This document shows, piece after piece, positions 7,111 through 9,194 of a DNA stretch of 9,194 nt (within the stretch, counting starts at the first letter, position 1; every line of letters starts with the position of its first letter). Source of the stretch: Octopus sinensis (Eukaryota); assembly GCF_006345805.1 (NCBI RefSeq), contig NW_021828028.1, positions 1 to 9,194 of the forward strand. Direction: 5' to 3'. The notes below the pieces were generated by a model, which saw nothing but the letters and a program-made list of their open reading frames with translations, was not told the origin of the DNA and ran no database searches. The position numbers and the translations under genes were made by a program.

Positions 7111-7305
7111 GTTAATCCAAACATGAAAGCACAAAAAATACAACAACGCGAGAACGTGGAACAAATATAGTATTATTGGACTCTTAGGAAAGAAGGAGGG
7201 TTTAACGTTTCGAGCGGAGCTCTTCGTCGGAAACATAGGAGAAGGAAAGATCCAGAGAACGGAAGACAGAGGAAAAACAATCGCCAACGGTACACACACG
7301 GTCAC
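7111..7305 (-). mobile_element. Short ORF-less repeat carrying a hammerhead motif; candidate non-autonomous Penelope-like/retrozyme-type element
   Basis: A ~195-bp non-simple island bounded on both sides by (TA)n; contains the hammerhead fold at 7200-7234; related copy at 4640-4830. The Penelope link is inference from the known association of minimal hammerheads with PLEs. Confidence 0.6.
7200..7234 (-). ncRNA. Minimal type I hammerhead ribozyme motif (variant core)
   Basis: Minus strand GUUU-CCGACGA-A-GAGC-UCC-GCUC-GAAA-CGU-U-AAAC: stem I GUUU/AAAC, core C(C)GACGA plus an extra A, stem II GAGC/GCUC, GAAA, palindromic ACGU stem III, predicted cleavage after GUU (between 7204 and 7203). Confidence 0.65.
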
Positions 7306-7330
7306 AATAAATATATATATGTATATATAT

Positions 7331-7546
7331 GTGTGAGTGTGTGTTTGTCCCCCCTCCCGCACCATCACTTGACAACCGATGTTGGTGTGTTTACGTCCCC
7401 GAAATTTAGTGGTTCGGCGAATCAGACCGATAGAATAATTACTAGGCTTATAAAGAATAAGTCCTGGGGTCGATTTGCTCGACTAAAGGCGGTGCTCCAG
7501 CATGACCGCAGTGAAATGACTGAAACACGTAAAATAGTAAAAGAAT
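7331..7546 (+). mobile_element. Family A SINE 3' half
   Basis: TGTTTGTCCCCC..CTTGACAACCGATGTTGGTGTGTTTACGTCCCCG..GGGGTCGATTTGCTCGACTAAAGGCGGTGCTCCAGCATG..GTAAAATAGTAAAAGA; the reverse complement aligns to 2979-3190. Confidence 0.9.
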
Positions 7547-7830
7547 ATATATATATGTGTGTGTGTGTGTATGTTTGCGCACATTCATTTGTGTGTATAT
7601 ATGTCAACGTCAATATATTTTCGTATATGCATATATATACACATATAGATAGATACACACACATATACATACATAGATACGTGCATACATACATATATAT
7701 ACAAAACTACATGTAATGCATACATATATATGTATACGCATTCCCCCACACATATATACATAAATACACACTTACATACATGCATAAAAAGATAGCTATA
7801 TGAATGTGTACAAATGTATGTTTGTATGTT
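7547..7830. repeat. Compound TA/TG/CA low-complexity tract
   Basis: Dinucleotide and TACA/TATG mosaic. Confidence 0.88.
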
Positions 7831-7921
7831 TGTATCGGGAAGCCGTGTCTTTTAGTTTTTGTTTTTCTTTTAAAATTTTTGAGAATGGTTGCGACGTATG
7901 AAAAAAGAAAGACACACTTAA

Positions 7922-8141
7922 CCCTTTAGTGTTTAAACCGGCCATATCTGGCCCAGATATCCTACATGTTTTATATTCAAACTGGCAATATCTAGCCTCT
8001 TACACCTACCCGACAATGTCATTCTAAATATAAACAATCACATCATTGAAACTTCAAAGCTATAAGATAATGAATGATTAATTCAAAATAATTTGAGTGA
8101 AAAAGTATTACATTTAACAGAGTAATCTGAACACTAAAGGG
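7922..8141. mobile_element. piggyBac-type MITE (220 bp)
   Basis: TTAA (7918-7921) CCCTTTAGTGTT ... AACACTAAAGGG TTAA (8142-8145): perfect 12-bp TIR with CCC/GGG termini and a TTAA duplication, the piggyBac hallmark; no ORF. Confidence 0.9.
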
Positions 8142-8170
8142 TTAAGGCTCGTTAGAAAGGAAGGTGATTT

Positions 8171-8484
8171 GTAGGCTCTGTGGTAAGAAGCTTGCTTCCC
8201 AAGCACATGTTCCCGGGTTCAGTCTCGGGCAAGTGTCCTCTACATGTGTCTTTAACCGATCAAAGACTTGTCAATAGATTTGGTAAAGAAGCCCGTCGTA
8301 TACATATATATGTGTGTGTGTGTGTGTTTGACCTCCACCACCACCACCACCATCGTTCGACAACTCGTAAATAGACCACCATCAGTTGTCGAGCGATGGT
8401 GGTGTGTTTGCGTCCCCGAAACTTAGTGGTTCGGCAAAAGACCGATAGAGTAAATACTAGGCTTACAAGGAATACTAGGCGTCC
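8171..8484 (+). mobile_element. Family A SINE, rearranged and 3'-truncated
   Basis: TGTGGTAAGAAGCTTGCTTCCC..GGGTTCAGT head, GGGCAAGTGTC, AAGAAGCCCGTCGTA, microsatellite, CGTCCCCGAAACTTAG..TACTAGGCTTAC; several short deletions and insertions. Confidence 0.88.
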
Positions 8485-8688
8485 TATATCAGAGAGAGAA
8501 AAATAACGAGGGAGACGTGAGAAAAAGGAGAGAATGAAAAGAGATATAAAGACAGTATAAGAATATCAATGAGTGGACGAGTGTGATAAATAAATTTATA
8601 TATTTGCGTTTCGTAGTATTGGTATATATGTACTTTTACAGATATACGTGCGCTTAGACCCAACAGCACGTGTACGCACTTATTTCAT

Positions 8689-8746
<58 letters not shown>

Positions 8747-8758
8747 ATCTATCTATCC

Positions 8759-8833
<75 letters not shown>

Positions 8834-8880
8834 CATCATCTATCTAGCTATCTATCTACCTACCTACTTATCTATCTATC
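8689..8880. repeat. Compound (TATC)n / GATA-type tetranucleotide repeat
   Basis: About 190 bp of CTAT units with CAT, CCAT, CTAG and CTAC variant units. Confidence 0.97.
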
Positions 8881-9134
8881 TTCGTCTATTTCTCTCTGTA
8901 TAAAATATACATCTATATAAATATAGAAGCACTAATTCAGTATAGTCTATATGAACCTATGTGTGTTTGTGTGTGTTATGCATCTGTGGGTGTATATAAA
9001 TAAATAAATACATATATGTATAAACTCACATACATATAAATGTAGGTGCGTATGTATAAATATTCATACACAGACACGGACAGACACACACATACACACA
9101 CAACTATGTGTGTGCATAAATACAACAACGAAGT

Positions 9135-9156
9135 ACACACACACACACACACACAC

Positions 9157-9194
<38 letters not shown>
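9135..9194. repeat. (AC)n followed by (AT)n microsatellite, running off the window end
   Basis: Direct reading. Confidence 0.97.

Noticed and set aside
6994-7368. 124-aa hydrophobic-looking minus-strand ORF
   Set aside because: It spans microsatellites and the purine/pyrimidine-biased hammerhead element; the hydrophobicity is compositional.
8180-8374. ORF with a poly-His run
   Set aside because: The His run is a (CCA)n expansion inside a SINE.
8620-8680. Acceptor-like TACTTTTACAG at ~8631-8641
   Set aside because: No convincing donor follows, so no exon can be defined.
8648-8920. ORFs with (YLSI)n repeats
   Set aside because: Translation of the (TATC)n repeat.
1-9194. CRISPR array, rRNA or prokaryotic system
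   Set aside because: No regularly spaced repeat-spacer array, no rRNA similarity and no operon-like coding density; the content is typical metazoan non-coding DNA.

Overview
AT-rich, non-coding eukaryotic DNA made mostly of retroposon copies and microsatellites; no protein-coding gene is supportable. The repeat families strongly resemble the tRNA-derived SINEs of Octopus (OK/OR1/OR2-type). That is recognition from memory, and I cannot assign those names to individual copies, so I use family A (tRNA head, internal TA/TG microsatellite, GTAAAAGA-type tail) and family B (~215 bp, GGCGGCGAGCTGG head). The window holds about 16 SINE copies or fragments, one piggyBac-type MITE (TTAA target-site duplication, 12-bp TIR), a diverged ~200-bp duplication and many simple repeats. 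The most interesting signal is a minimal type I hammerhead-ribozyme fold on the minus strand (7200-7234) inside a ~195-bp ORF-less repeat. A second, decayed relative with a compensatory change lies at 4724-4758; together they suggest a non-autonomous Penelope-like/retrozyme-like element. Other signals are a candidate 19-nt micro-exon (2396-2414) and several microhomology or template-switch scars inside SINE copies. All listed ORFs are artefacts of microsatellites or SINEs.
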